Assembly: GCA_965649765.1 (NCBI GenBank)
Contig: OZ287757.1
Location: 27,280,001 to 27,344,000, forward strand
Source of the DNA: Bispira polyomma
Taxonomy: Eukaryota
Length of the DNA stretch: 64,000 nucleotides
Reading direction: 5' to 3'
A program made the translations under genes and the position numbers. This document shows, in pieces, positions 36,985 through 50,349 of the stretch (positions are counted from its first letter, which is position 1; each line of letters starts with the position of its first letter). The notes beneath the pieces were generated by a model, which was not told the DNA's origin, did not search any database, and saw nothing but the letters and a program-made list of their open reading frames with translations.

Positions 36985-39900
36985 GATATCATTTTGCAAC
37001 TTAAGGGTTGATCCTGTAAAGTTTGGTTTATTCTTGGACAATAAGTTCTACCAGGAATTGGCTCTAGGCCCCACCAACCCCAGGAGAAGAAAGCTTAAAA
37101 ACACATGAATTGAGCTTGCTATTTTTATTATACGTAAAATTGAGGTTATTGCTACTACTACAATATATTTACACATCCATTAAGTATACATGTTAAGTTT
37201 GTTATACACATTGAATTAGTACATTATGTATACTGATAAACCTTTAATTAGTACATTATTGATTCTGGCAACCTTAACTCAACACTTAGTCTTTCAAGTT
37301 AAGGTTGGTTTGACAGTAAACTATGATCACCTTAACATCACTTTAAGGGGATCTTAATGTTCCCTTGATTTAAGACATAATGATACAATTCACTTTAAGG
37401 TAACATTAACATGTGTATAATTTGGAAATATTAAGTAATAAGTAAAATTCATGAACAGTAATAGCATAACATAACAGTAAAATTTCCCTCAAGCCCAACA
37501 GTAGTGTAGTGCTGCATTTATGTAGTTATTTATCTAATATGGATTGAAACGAACGAGCTACTTGCTCCCCCAAGTTGTGGTCTGCGTGGATGTACCTCCA
37601 CACACAATTCGACGTCCAGGTGCCATGATGTTCGATCTGTTGTATTACTTTATTTGCATTATAAGCAAATGTAGCACCTGAACGTCGGAAGGTGTGGAAC
37701 GTAAAGTAATGCGGGTCCAGACCCAATTGTACATTGAGTCTAGACAAAGTTTTCCTGATACGGGTATCCGTAAGCACTTGCCAACCTGCAGCAGTTCTGC
37801 ACTGGAATAAGGGCTCATGTTGCTGAGGGTTATACAACTGAAACACGTCACGCAAGGCTCTGTATGGACAGAGGTGTGATTCATCTAGCTTGGGGAGACT
37901 AATGACATTGATATTGTTTATGTCTTGCATTGTCTTAGTCCATTAGACCTTGACCAGAGACTTGGTGAAGAAGACATCGCCCCCTGCCAAGTGTCCAGTG
38001 CTGTCAGGTATGCAAAGAATGTGGGGCAAGATTTGAGGCTCTAAAAAAAAAAAAAAATGCTGTTAGAAACACAGCCTTGAAAACCTTGTCATGATGCATT
38101 TTTTCACATAATAATATCAAGCTTTTTAGTGTTACCACATCCATGATGTTTCTACGCGTTATTGATATGGGTCTATTAATTCTAACTGCTTTTACAAAGT
38201 ACTTGATTTTGGGTTGCTCAAGGCACTGATAGGGGAGATCATAAATGATGCATTTTGCCTTTATGGCTGATATATAATTGCTAATCATGTTGACTGAGAC
38301 TCCACTTACCACCAAACATTCCATAAAGGCCAACACTACCTCAGTATTGATATCTGCTAATTTAACTTTGGCATGTAAACAAAATGACACAAAGTTCCTG
38401 AATAACATGCTGTAACATCTTTGGGTCTTTGGTCGAAATGGCTGTTGCCATCTAGCACTTGCCTAACCCAACAGCCTTGCCACCACACTGTGACCTACAA
38501 CAAAGTATAGTATCATTAGTTATCAGTATGTGCTGTAGATTATAAGTCATTATCTAATTCTAACATTTCAATACACACAGGAAGCCATACTGGCTGTTGC
38601 ACATACAATAATAATTCACTGTTATTTTCCACTGTATTCTGCCATCTAGACAGGAGATCGGCAGTTCTATTCAGTTTGCCCAGGACATGGATGTACTGCA
38701 GATCTACATCTGTCAGTGCAGCCAGATACCACATATTCCTGGCACAGGCCTCCAAGAAAGGGTACCTGGCCCGACCTGACTGCAGCACTTTCACTACAGC
38801 ATCATTGTCACATTTAATTAGCACTCGTCTACCACTCCAATGTTTGTAAACAAAAGGGACTGCAACTGCCTAATAGTACAAGTTTTTTGGTTATGCCATT
38901 CCTTGACAACTTCATTAATTTTGTGCAACTTATCTTGGAGAATCGAGACAGTTCCAGTTTCTGTATTAATGAGGACTCCCAAACACACAGCCTGCGTGCT
39001 AGGGGGTATCAATTTCTTTGCACTAATCGTGAGACCCAAATTTTCCAACAATTGGTATAGGCATTCACAGGACTTCTTTGCTACAGGGGGCCTGCCGTAC
39101 TCAATATAATCGTCAATGTCGTCCACGAAACTGTAACCACAGCAACGCATGACATAACGAACACCATCACTTAATCGCTGAAAAATTTGACTTCCGTGTC
39201 TACTCCCAAAGGGAAGACAAGTGTCAACATATGTGCCTTTCCATGACAAGCCCAGTAAGTCGTAGTCACATGGGTCGATCTTTACATGGCGAAATGCCCT
39301 ACTGACATCTATTTTTTAAACATGCGAGCCACGGCCTAATTTTCTAAGCTCATCTGTGATGTGATCTACTGTGGGAAAAGTCAAGCAAAAGTCAGTGCCT
39401 AGATAAGTACCCTGGCTTGTCTCTAGTCATGAAGGGGGAGTAATGCCCCCCCCCCCTCCTCCTTTATTGGATGTTTGTCAAAAAGGCCTATAATTGCCCT
39501 ATGTTTTATTTCTTCATTCAAATAGGCTTCTATGTCTTCAGGGATATTAACAGCTGACTTGTGGTTTTCCTCCTCCCACACCAAATCAGTGTCCAATGGA
39601 AAACCATATTCAATGAACTCTAGTATTTCCTGGTCCCAGTAGTATTTTAATATCAGTTTCCAATGGTCTACCTTTAATTGGGAGTTGACAGGTATTCGTG
39701 CCTGTTGGAATTTGAATTTGCCAGTTTTGGTGACCTCAAAGTGTGCCTTAATCGGGTCAGTCATTACTGGGGCCTGAGTTTGAACAATGCCATGGTGAAG
39801 TGGGTCTGATAATAGAACAAAGCCATAATTAAAGTCAGTTTGTTCTTGCCACCGTATGTGTGCTAATACCCTGTCCACCGAACCTGTCACATCTCTATGT

Positions 39901-42425
39901 TTGTATAATATTGAATGGACAAATTTATCACCCTCACCATTTTTTTTATGTCAAACAACTGGGTTTGTTTCCCCTTAGCCTTTTGTTTCAATTCACTGCA
40001 TGTGGTACTACTACTAACTTCATTTGCAGATGTATTGTTACTGGCTAATTGAATTCCATCCCCACAATGTCCAATCAAGTCTTGACACTTCTTTTGTTCC
40101 CCACCCGTGACTCCCCCACAACAAGGGAGGGTGTTATGCCCCTACTTGTTATGGTTGGGTCACACTTCACGGTTTGTGTACACATTTTCATTGTCTGCTT
40201 TACATTGTTGACAATTTGGGGACACTTGCTTTGTTTAAACACTCTCTCAGTGACACGTCTGGTTTTGTTGTTTGTACTAGCTCCCTGAGCATTAACCCAA
40301 ATTTCTTTCATATCAATTCTAGAGGGGCAGTGCACTTACCTAATCCAATTTTCCTTTCTACCTGCTAACAAAGCCTCAATGTTTTTTCTGGCAGTTTTTG
40401 AATTATAAAAACTTCTGGTTCTATAACACTCGTGTACATGAGCCTGATTTTTAACATTGGACCTGTCACCGAGAACCGTGTTTTTAAAACTCTTTGCTAT
40501 TCTACCTTTTGTAAAACACATATTACCAACAGAGTGATTAAACCTCTGAACACATTTTCTATCAACAACATTACATAACACTTGGTTAATCTTGTCTGGA
40601 GTATATACCTCTGGTTCCTTATACACAATGCTGCCCACTTTTCTTACTAAAGGTGAGCAGCTGGCTGCTCGTTTTTTGAATGAAAATTTTTCTTCCCAAA
40701 CATACAGTCCTTTTCCGGGTGACCACTCACCCTTCCCCTCTCCAGACAAGAAGAACATATTTGTTTGTGAATTTTGCCACCGTTCTCGTGGTCCTTACTC
40801 TGGCTACAAGCCCCAGTTTGATACGCTTTACAATACCAATGTTTAACACCCCGATTAACATCTGAATTTTTTCCCCAGTTATTTTTACTTGGTACTACAT
40901 GCTTTTGTGCATGAGCAGCACGTCGAATCCTATCTATTCTATGACTTTCTTCCCATTTCAGAGCACTCCTTTCCATCTCACAAAGCAGCACAGCATGTGC
41001 TACTTTAGCTGTCTGCCATGTGGCATCCTCCATCAAATCTGACATGTATAGTAACATTTTCTCTTTAATATCGGAGTCTTGCTCCTCAACAATATTCTTG
41101 GTAAAACCCTGACTCACTGAGTGAGTGACAACTGATCATAGGAAATGCGTTGCCTAGTAGTGCCACCTAATATTGTTTCTTGGGGCCAGGAGACTTTGCT
41201 TTTAACTATTACCTCAATATTACCCCCCTTTTTGATTTAATTTTGTTTGCCCCAACATTACCTTTCTGGCTCGTGAACTCAGCCTCTAAAGCACGAACAC
41301 GAGCATCCACCTGCTTTTGCAGCTCATTTGAACTTCTCAACACAGATAATTTGGGGACAATTTCCTCCTCAGAGGAAGACTCTGAAGAATCTACTACTTT
41401 GTCAACAGTACATTTTTTACTTTTACTGGTTTTGTTATTTAAGTAGGCACTACTTAACTTAGGATTGTTCTGTGAGGACGATTCTGCTGCTCCTGTTGAT
41501 TGACCAATTGCCACCTTGTCCTCCACCAGGTCCTGCCGTTCATTCACCTTCCGCAGCTGTTTCAGGATCAGGCATTGCACATCTTCTTCATCAGATGAAG
41601 ATCCAGATTCCATTGCTGTTGACATCCGGGTGTCTTTGCTCTTCTTGCTCTCCGCCCTTGTGCTCCTCGTAGGGGACTTTTCCTTCTGTGGTTTCAAGAC
41701 ACCAGCAGTGCAGTTCCTTCCCGTAGGGGGGTAGTCCTCAAAAAAACACAATTCAATTATTCACATCTGACTTGTTCATTAAGTCAGTTCAAACTGAGAA
41801 AGTATGGGGGGTTTCTTGTAAACAAGCTAGGCTTAGCCAATGACATACGTTGTGTATCTTATTGCCGAGGTACTAGATAGGGATTCCAGCTGACATCACA
41901 AATAAGCAATTAGCCTGGTATCCTACTAATTTTTAATGGCGTTAAAGCCTGACCCCTGTGATGCCTTGACACCACAGGCGAATAGCAGATCACCTTAAAA
42001 CCTTACGATTTTTACGTTTATTTCTGCATCTTTCCCAAATCTGAAGCCAGCTTGGGTTTTCAGACTATTCATAACCATCTCAATTACCTTGTTCCCCCTA
42101 TAAACAGGGATAATCTCAGTCCTTCCAGTTCCTTTGTAACTAGCTTAGGCATTGACTTGAACTTAACCATAGGTAGGATAAGAATTACTACAGATACGAT
42201 AAACCAGATTCATTTATTCAAGTTGCATTCAACTTGCATCCAACTTCCAAAACTATTCTTGGTCGTCCGCTTTTTATTCACAAATGTGAACGACCTGCAT
42301 CGGCATTGTTTTATTAATAGGTTGTTAGCAATCTCTTTTAGATCATCCTAGGACCAAGTGTTTACTTAAGGCATGAGACAAAATTTTGGTGCTATATGAT
42401 GCAAAGAAGTATTCGCTACTCCAAT
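36985..42425 (-). mobile_element. Near full-length DIRS/Ngaro-like YR retrotransposon (gag about 41750-40647, RT/RNaseH about 39890-38540, YR about 38494-37526), pseudogenised
   Basis: Gag with WQTAKVAHA..IDRIRR and a C/H finger; YGFPLD, LPFGSRHGS, IDDYI, CDN; YR HTFRRSGA..HGTWTSNCVWRY. Boundaries come from the empty paralogous site at about 23100-23120. Confidence 0.92.
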
Positions 42426-43429
42426 TCCTAATGTTTTTGGACGTCATCCCTCATTTAATCATCTTGAAGTCGTAAATATAATTATTGCATTAAAAGTTTT
42501 GGCATGAATCATGAGCTCATCAAGTAACCATTCATAAGAACAACATCACCAAAATAGTGTTGTTTGTTGGTTCAACTAAAACTAGAGACATTTTTGTGGA
42601 TGTATGCATTTGTAACAGTTGGTTCAAAACATTCACTCATGACATCACACCGGACATTCAGCTCATCCAAGGTTCAAGAAACTTGGAAGCTGATGCCCTG
42701 TCCCGGATCTATTCCAGTGCCTAAAAATAATCACAGAAGGCACATTCCTATCTAACATGTTAACCTGAATTATTCCATATAATTGTAGTCTCCACATGGG
42801 CCACAGCATCTCTTACTAAATATTTCTTACAGTGAGTGGAGGTTAGACCTTCCACATCAGCAGCTGACTACAACTAGTTCAAGGTGACATTTAAATTTAC
42901 AACACAATGCTGTTTAATTTTTTTAAAGAAACTTGGTTCACATATCTCTATTCAGACTTCTTGCCAAAAGGTTTTCTAAAGATTTTGCACATATCAAACA
43001 TGGCCCACATCTATGAAAACATTTGATCTTTCCAGGTACAGCCCCTATAAAAATTACATTAGTCCAGACCCCATCCTCCTTCAGCTCATTTATGTAGAGC
43101 TTCCAGTACATAGGAATTGATCATATTTTAAATTCCTTTGTCACAACTGTCATATTATGTTCTGCCCAACTTGTTACTCTGTCAAACTTGACACCTGTGG
43201 GTGTGGTCCTAGAGTCTGCATATCTGCATTACTGTTTATCAACTGAGTGACAGGAAACTATATTCATTCAGCTACAGCATCTTAGAGACTTCACAACTAT
43301 CAACAATTTTACAAATCTACAGACAAAGATTGTTATTGAGATTATCATTAAGATTATTACTGAGATTATTATTGAGAATAGCACTTTGTTGTTTTTTGGA
43401 GAATAGTTAGTTAGAAAATGTTAAGATTT

Positions 43430-44000
43430 ATGGGACCAAAACCATCGAGAAAGACCAGGAAGATGAGGAGTATGTGGAGGCACAGGATGAGGAGAGCCAA
43501 CAATTTGATGTGGGAATGCCCCTTGTCATCCCTGAGACACAGTTTTCTCAGCATTCACAGACCCTGGTGATTGAGCAGGAGGGAACCCAGCAGCCTTATA
43601 GGGAGGATTAGGCTGACACAGCTGGTGATTGAGAGGTGGCTTTCATATTGAGGAAACAGAAGAAAGGGAAGATGTGTATGGTCATGTTTAGTGACGCAAA
43701 GGGAAAGGCACTGGTTGACTTTTTGCGGGACCATGAATATCTATAAAACAAGAGAGATCCAAAATACAAAGACACCCAGGCTAAAGACATGTTTTGGTTG
43801 GAGTTCTGCTCTGGCAAGGGATTGGACATGGAAGAAGTGAAGAAGTGGTTTCAATCATAGAGGAATATTTTTGGAAAGCTGAGCATCAGGAAGTCCGGCC
43901 AGGCAACACCTAAGTTGACAGAGAGGCAGCACTGAACACCTTTGAGTTTTTGAAACCTCACATCATACAACATCTCTCAAGAACATCCGGCTTCAGACCC
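43430..44000 (+). pseudogene. MADF/Myb-SANT-like ORF remnant, paralog of 28260-28720
   Basis: LVDFLRDHEYL*NKRDPKYKDTQAKDMFWLEFC..VKKWFQS*RNIFGKLSIRKSGQA. Confidence 0.7.
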
Positions 44001-47000
44001 GTCGCATTCACCCCTTTGTCTGTGGCTCCAGGAGAATCACCAACTCCAGCGACAATTGCCAGTCAGACACAGACCAGGGTGCTGAAACAGAGATAGAGTC
44101 TTCCTTGCTGATAGCATTCCCTGGGAGCACTTTAAAGCAGTCTTTAATCTGTGCCAGATCAACCCAAATCCAGAGGCAGCACTGTTTAGGGAGCTGATGG
44201 ACACGCTAGCCACAATGTAGACACCATCTCAGGCTTCCTAATGGACGCCATCAAGCCCAAGGCTGAGGGACGGGGGTGGGGGGGGGGGCATTTCTCAACT
44301 GGTTGACATTGGAGGCCGAGAAATTGCCAGATGAACATTTCAACCACTTCAGGGAAGCATTAAACCATGTGAGCACTATCCAGGACATACTCGGCTCCCA
44401 AACAAATAATTTAAAAAAATTCAATAATAGAAACTACCCCAAAGTATAACTCTATTCACTCCCTATTTATAAATATGTGGAAACCCAATAAGTAGAGTTA
44501 AGTGCCTTTATGTGGAAACCCCTATGTAGAACGCTGTTGAGTCAAGTCCACCAGTCTTCAGTAAGTCTACTGCCAGCCTTCCCACATACACCCCAGAGCC
44601 AAGATTTGAACCTACAACAGCAGTTGAAGAGGCGAGTGTATTACCACTACACCACAGAAGCCCACAGCTTAGTTCCTGTAATTTCATTCTTTCTGCGTAT
44701 ACAACTTTGTAATACTGACTTGTCTGCCTATCCCAAATATTTGTGATAAGAACTAAATGAGGAATGATGCACTTTATTTACCAACAATGTAAAGTCCCCC
44801 AAAATTCCCCAAAAAGAATATAGAAGAAGGGAAATTGCGTCAATATCCTAACTACCGTAAAATTAGTAAATTTTGCTAGCACCCCATTTTAGGTATTTTT
44901 ACTAATTAGCTAGATCAGTACAAATTTATTTCCACTTAAAATTAAAATTTATCTTCTTTTTAATGGTAAAATCTAAATAATGAAATATAAAATTTATGTG
45001 GTTTTTGAGGAATTGTAATTTAATGATATTTTCTTTTTACTAAAATTCCATAATATATAAAACTAAGCCACTGGTGGTAGTCTGGTTTATTACCTATAAA
45101 TAAAACTTCAGTTATTACTTCCTTGTTCATTTTATATCAAAGTATCTACAAATACCATGACTGTGTACTCCATTTGGAAAGTCTATTTACTTTCTTGCCA
45201 ATTCATCCATAAATGGAGTTGTTTGCATAGCAAACGTGTACAACTGTTTTTATGCCTTGTATTAAACACTCAAAAAAAAAACAGTTGGACAAATTTACAT
45301 GAAACAGATATATCAGGAGAGAGATTTTTTCTTCAGTCATAAAATGTATATGCTATTGGTGTAAAATAAAGAAAGTGACTGACTATACTTTGATAGTGGG
45401 ATATAATAAAAATATATGACAGAGGATAAAGCCACTCAGGTAGTACTATGAAATGATTTGTTTATTATACATATATAGCTTATAATATACATTAATAAAA
45501 GTGTCTGGTACTGTTTATTCTAGATGGTGTTCCCATACACACAGCCATGTCTGGCCGTTCTGTTACATTTTTTAACAAACTGTATATTTTTCAAATAGTT
45601 TGTACTTGTTAAGTACTATTTCAAACACATTTCTACACTATCACTCTGAGCAAGCCAGTAATCATTGATATTGAAAATTGTAGATTAAAAACTCTACTCT
45701 TCCACATTTATACTGAGAATCGAGCCGGGTGCATCACCGAAGACCCCCTGCAATCTGTAGCAGTGTGTAGGAAACCATGTTTTTTAGTGATACAATGCTT
45801 GGTTCATGAGCTGGTTGCAATGTAGACCATTGTTATCTGTCACATTAAACCATGATTTAAACTGCAGCACCTTGTAATGCATGTTTGACTTATTTACTTA
45901 TTCATATTCTACACACACTATATTCTATTGTTACATTTAAGTTCTGCGCTTTCATATTCCATGTTTCTTACATTTACACATGCTTGTACTTAACTTTCTT
46001 TAAATGCTTTATATACAATCATATAATATGTTACCTTTTGAAATTCATACTGAGCATATAGGTTACACTAAATGAATGGTTTTAAATGATTTTACTTGGG
46101 TTATGCCTATGAGGGCATTATTGGTAGTACACTCACACAGTGGCATCTTCTAAGACACCCACTACTGCATGTTGCATTTAATTTATAGCAGAATTATGTA
46201 GCATGAATATATTCTCTCATAATACAATTGTGTGATACCGCTACTAAACTACTTAAATTTGGGTTTAATGCCACTGTCAACGCGGGATAGTTGGTCAAGG
46301 TTTTCTCAGCAAGCAGTATTCAGTAAGTCTACTAAGAGTCTTCCCATATACACCCCAGAACCAAGTTTCGAACCCACAACAGCAGTTGTAGAGGCGATGG
46401 TATTACCACTATACCACAGAAGCCCCTAACTTAGTTCATGTAATTACACACTGTCTACATATAGGACTTTGTAACACTGACTTGTCTGCCTATCCCAAAT
46501 ATTTGTGATGAAAACTAAATGCGGAATTGTGCACTTTATTTACCATTAATGTAAAGTCCCCTCAAAATTCCACAAGAAGAATATGGAAGAATGGAAATTG
46601 CGTTAATATCCTCATTACCATAAAACTGGGAGATTTTGCTACCACCCATTTTACTTATTTTCACAAATTAGCTAGATCAGTACAAATTTATTCTTAGTTA
46701 AAATTTAAATGTATCCTCTTTTAATGGTAATATTTAAATAACAGAAATAATATTTATATGGGTTTTAAAGAATTGTAATTTAATGATATTTTCTTTTTAC
46801 TAAAATTCCATTTAAAAATACCACGACATATAAAACTAAGGCACTGGTGGTTGGCTGGTTTATTCTCTATAAATAGAACCTCAGTTATTTACTTCCTTGT
46901 ACTTTTCTTTTTATATCAAAGTATCTACAAATAAGCTGATTGTGTAATCCATTTTGAAAGTCTGTTTACTTTCCTGCCAATTGGTCCATAAATGAAGTGG

Positions 47001-48099
47001 TTTGTATAGCAAAAGTGTAGAATTGTTTATATGCTCTATATGAAAACCCAAGAAAACATATTAACCAGTTGGACTCACAAATCTACAGATATAGTAGGAC
47101 AGAGATTTGTTGTTCAGTCATAAGATTTATATGATATTGGTATAAAATAAAGAAAGTGACTGACTATACTCTGATAGTGGGATATAATAGAAATATATGA
47201 TAGAGGATAAATCCACTCAGGTAATACTTTAAAAGTATTTGTTCAATAGCTTATAATATACATTGATAAATGTGTCTGATACTGTTTATCATAGATGGTG
47301 TTCCCATACACACAACCTTTTCTGGCTATTCTGTTACATTTTTTAACAAACTATATATTGACCTTATTCAAAGGCAGGTAATTCTTCCCTTTTTTCAAAT
47401 AGATTGTATTTGTTAAGTAGTATTTTAAATACATTTTTACGCTACCACACTGAGCCAGTCGGTAATCATTGATATTTAAAATCGTAAAATAAAAATGTAA
47501 CAAGGTTTTCTAAACATTTTTACGGCCGAAGACATCACCGGAAGTGAGATGACTGGGTGTTTCACAGGGGGTCTTGTTCTTCTGGGGTGTCCATATGAAA
47601 ATCTCGAAAGTTATAGGGAGCTCTGGTTCACAATTTGTGATGAATATAGAGTTTGGGCTCTTAGGCGCTGAGATTTTTTTGGGCTTAATAGGAATAACAA
47701 ATCGGCGAATGTCACCAACACCCTAGCTATCGAAACTGTTGTTTAAGGCTGTGCTTTATTACCTTCTAGCGACTCGTGGTGAGAATAATTTATATTGGTC
47801 CACTGCTCACCATCACTGGCCTTACCGTGTTCTCGTGTTAAATCAGACAGAAGCATACTTTGAAATTGTGACGGTAACTTCTAATCCTCAGAGCTCCCTT
47901 GGGTGCACTCCGAGGAGGTAAAATCGCCCGATCCTTTGTGATTTGTTTACGAATTTCAACTTAAATATATAGTTTTGAAGATGACTGCATACCAAAAACT
48001 GATAAAATGTCAGTTTTCAGAGTGTTGGTTATTGATTAAATTCTCACATCACAGTAAAGTATAGGTGATACAGATGTTCTGATTACATAATCATGAAAC

Positions 48100-48305
48100 C
48101 AGGGGCCTTATTTACAAAGGGGTCTTCATTCTAAGACCAAGCAGGCTCAAACTTGGAATATTTCCCTTTACTTATACATATTAATGCTCTAGAATTTGTG
48201 TTGAATACTTCAGACACCTCCCAACTAGTTTTAACTTGGAGACAAAATATGAGCCCCCCAAAAGTGAGAAAAAATCCTTAACACCTTTTGTGAATACGAC
48301 TCCTG
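48100..48305. mobile_element. Harbinger-type MITE nested in the DIRS element
   Basis: Imperfect terminal inverted repeats caggggccttatttacaaagggg / caccttttgtgaatacgactcctg. Confidence 0.65.
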
Positions 48306-50349
48306 ATTAGTAGTCTTTCTGGTATTTCTTACTAAATTATGGGAGAAATCGTCCAGAGGTAGCTGTAAAATCACCCAGGGATCTGGAAGGTGTAAAATCA
48401 CCCAGGAACCTGAGAACTGACTCCGCGATACAAGATGAGGTGGACAGACGGCTCAGGCATTACCAAGATATGTCCAAGCTCAAGTCTGGTCCCTATAGGC
48501 TGGGAGATCAACGGGTTAAGGTGTCGGTCGCTTGGCCACATGAACATTGCATGTTGTTAGATAATCTTAAGATGCCTACATACGAGGAACTCTCGATATA
48601 TCAATGGGTGCAAGGGTTTTCTAGGTGTGTAATTCAAGAACCAGACGAGTCGGTAAGGATGAACATGCTAAGATACCAATACAATTTAATGCAGGACGCA
48701 GTCGACCTCTCATGGGCTACTGCTAAGCGAGCCCATGCTTCTATCCTATCAGAAATCAAGAGGGGTATGGTAACCTGGGAGGATCAAAACGAGATAGATC
48801 GCATCAGGCAAAGGTTTACTCAGAGAACTCTCAAGGCTACAGGGGGAAACGCTGCACAGGGAAGTAGGAACTATTTCAACAAAAAGGAACAGTCTGGTAA
48901 GGTAAATGTGTGCTCAAAATTTGCCAAAGACGCTTGTAAGTTTGAAATTGATCATTATGAAGGTGGCCGTTTACAGAAACATTCCTGTGGATATTGCTTT
49001 AAGGTGGTTCATAAGAACTATGAGCATTCAGAAGCAAAATGCAATAGGAAAATGAAGGAACCCATGCAGTCCACAGAGACTGATCAGAAGGTGTAATGTA
49101 GGTGCTGGCTCCTCCCCATACGTGCAACTGATATCCCACGCTGATAAACACAAATTTAATTCCATAAATTATTGTGACACAAAACGCCTCTGGCATAGTC
49201 GTTTTTGGTACAACCGACATTTAGGCCAATGTACATTTCAATGGTGTAGCAGGGACCCGATTAACCGGCCTGCAGGCGAGTGCTTAAGTATGGGGAAAAA
49301 CAGCTTTAAGGAAGCTCACAGTGGGCGACAAGTAATAAGGGCAGTGGAAGTTGACCCACTGCATAAGGTTTTAGGCGACGACAGCGTCTCTAGTATTAAA
49401 AACAGTCTTTTAAGTAGTACAGATTTAAGTAATAGGACCAGCAGTACGTGTAGTGGTGAAATATGATTTTCCTGTAATACTTCATATGTGACAACATGGA
49501 CCGATGAGGTCGTTCAACAAAGCTTAATAATTGTTGACATAAGTACTAGCAAAGTTAGCACAGAAAGTACTCTTTATAGTGAAACGCTTTCTTACATATA
49601 CAATCAGTCGGGTTATGACTTCCAGGTATAGTAGTGATGACACATGCCAACACGATTTTAACATTACCACAGACATATTACAAAGCCAATTTGGCCTGGG
49701 TGTTAAATATATTAGAAGTCCTGTAGGGGCTAGAGTTACACAACTCACTAGGGCGTCCCCCATTATGGGTGAATGTGTAGACGACAGCCTAAGGAAAACA
49801 ATAGTAGAATGGACTAGGGGGTTTATACCTAGGTGTCCCACACATTATGTGACAACAAAAAAAGAACTTCCAATTGAATTGTACTGATATGGTTGATTGG
49901 GTAACACAGACCCAAGCTTTGTGTAGGGGAAAGCAGTGTCCTATTTATGGGGGGAGGCGCGAATACCCGTCCCCTCTCAACTTAACATCAGGGCATGGAG
50001 GACCTATTTACAAGGTTATGATTTTAGTATAGTCTGCGAATACCTGGAGTTCGGCTTCCCATTGTCACTAGATTATGGCCAATTTCAATATAATACCTCA
50101 GTAGAAAACCATGCCTCTGCTAATAATTACCCTGAAGACGTGCAGAAATATTTTGACACTGAAATTCAACACAATGCTGTGTTAGGGCCTTTAGCTAAAC
50201 CACCTTTTGAAAAATTGCACATGTCACCCCTCATGTCGCGTTCTAAACCGAATGGTAGTAGGAGAATAATAGTGGACCTCTCATGGCCAAAAGGTAATAG
50301 TGTTAACAGCTATATTCCCAAAAATTAGTTTGATAATATTGAATTTCAA

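Noticed and set aside
40049-41734. Several plus-strand ORFs over the minus DIRS element (and minus ORFs over 48999-52426)
   Set aside because: Antisense shadows of the transposon ORFs with no recognisable motifs.
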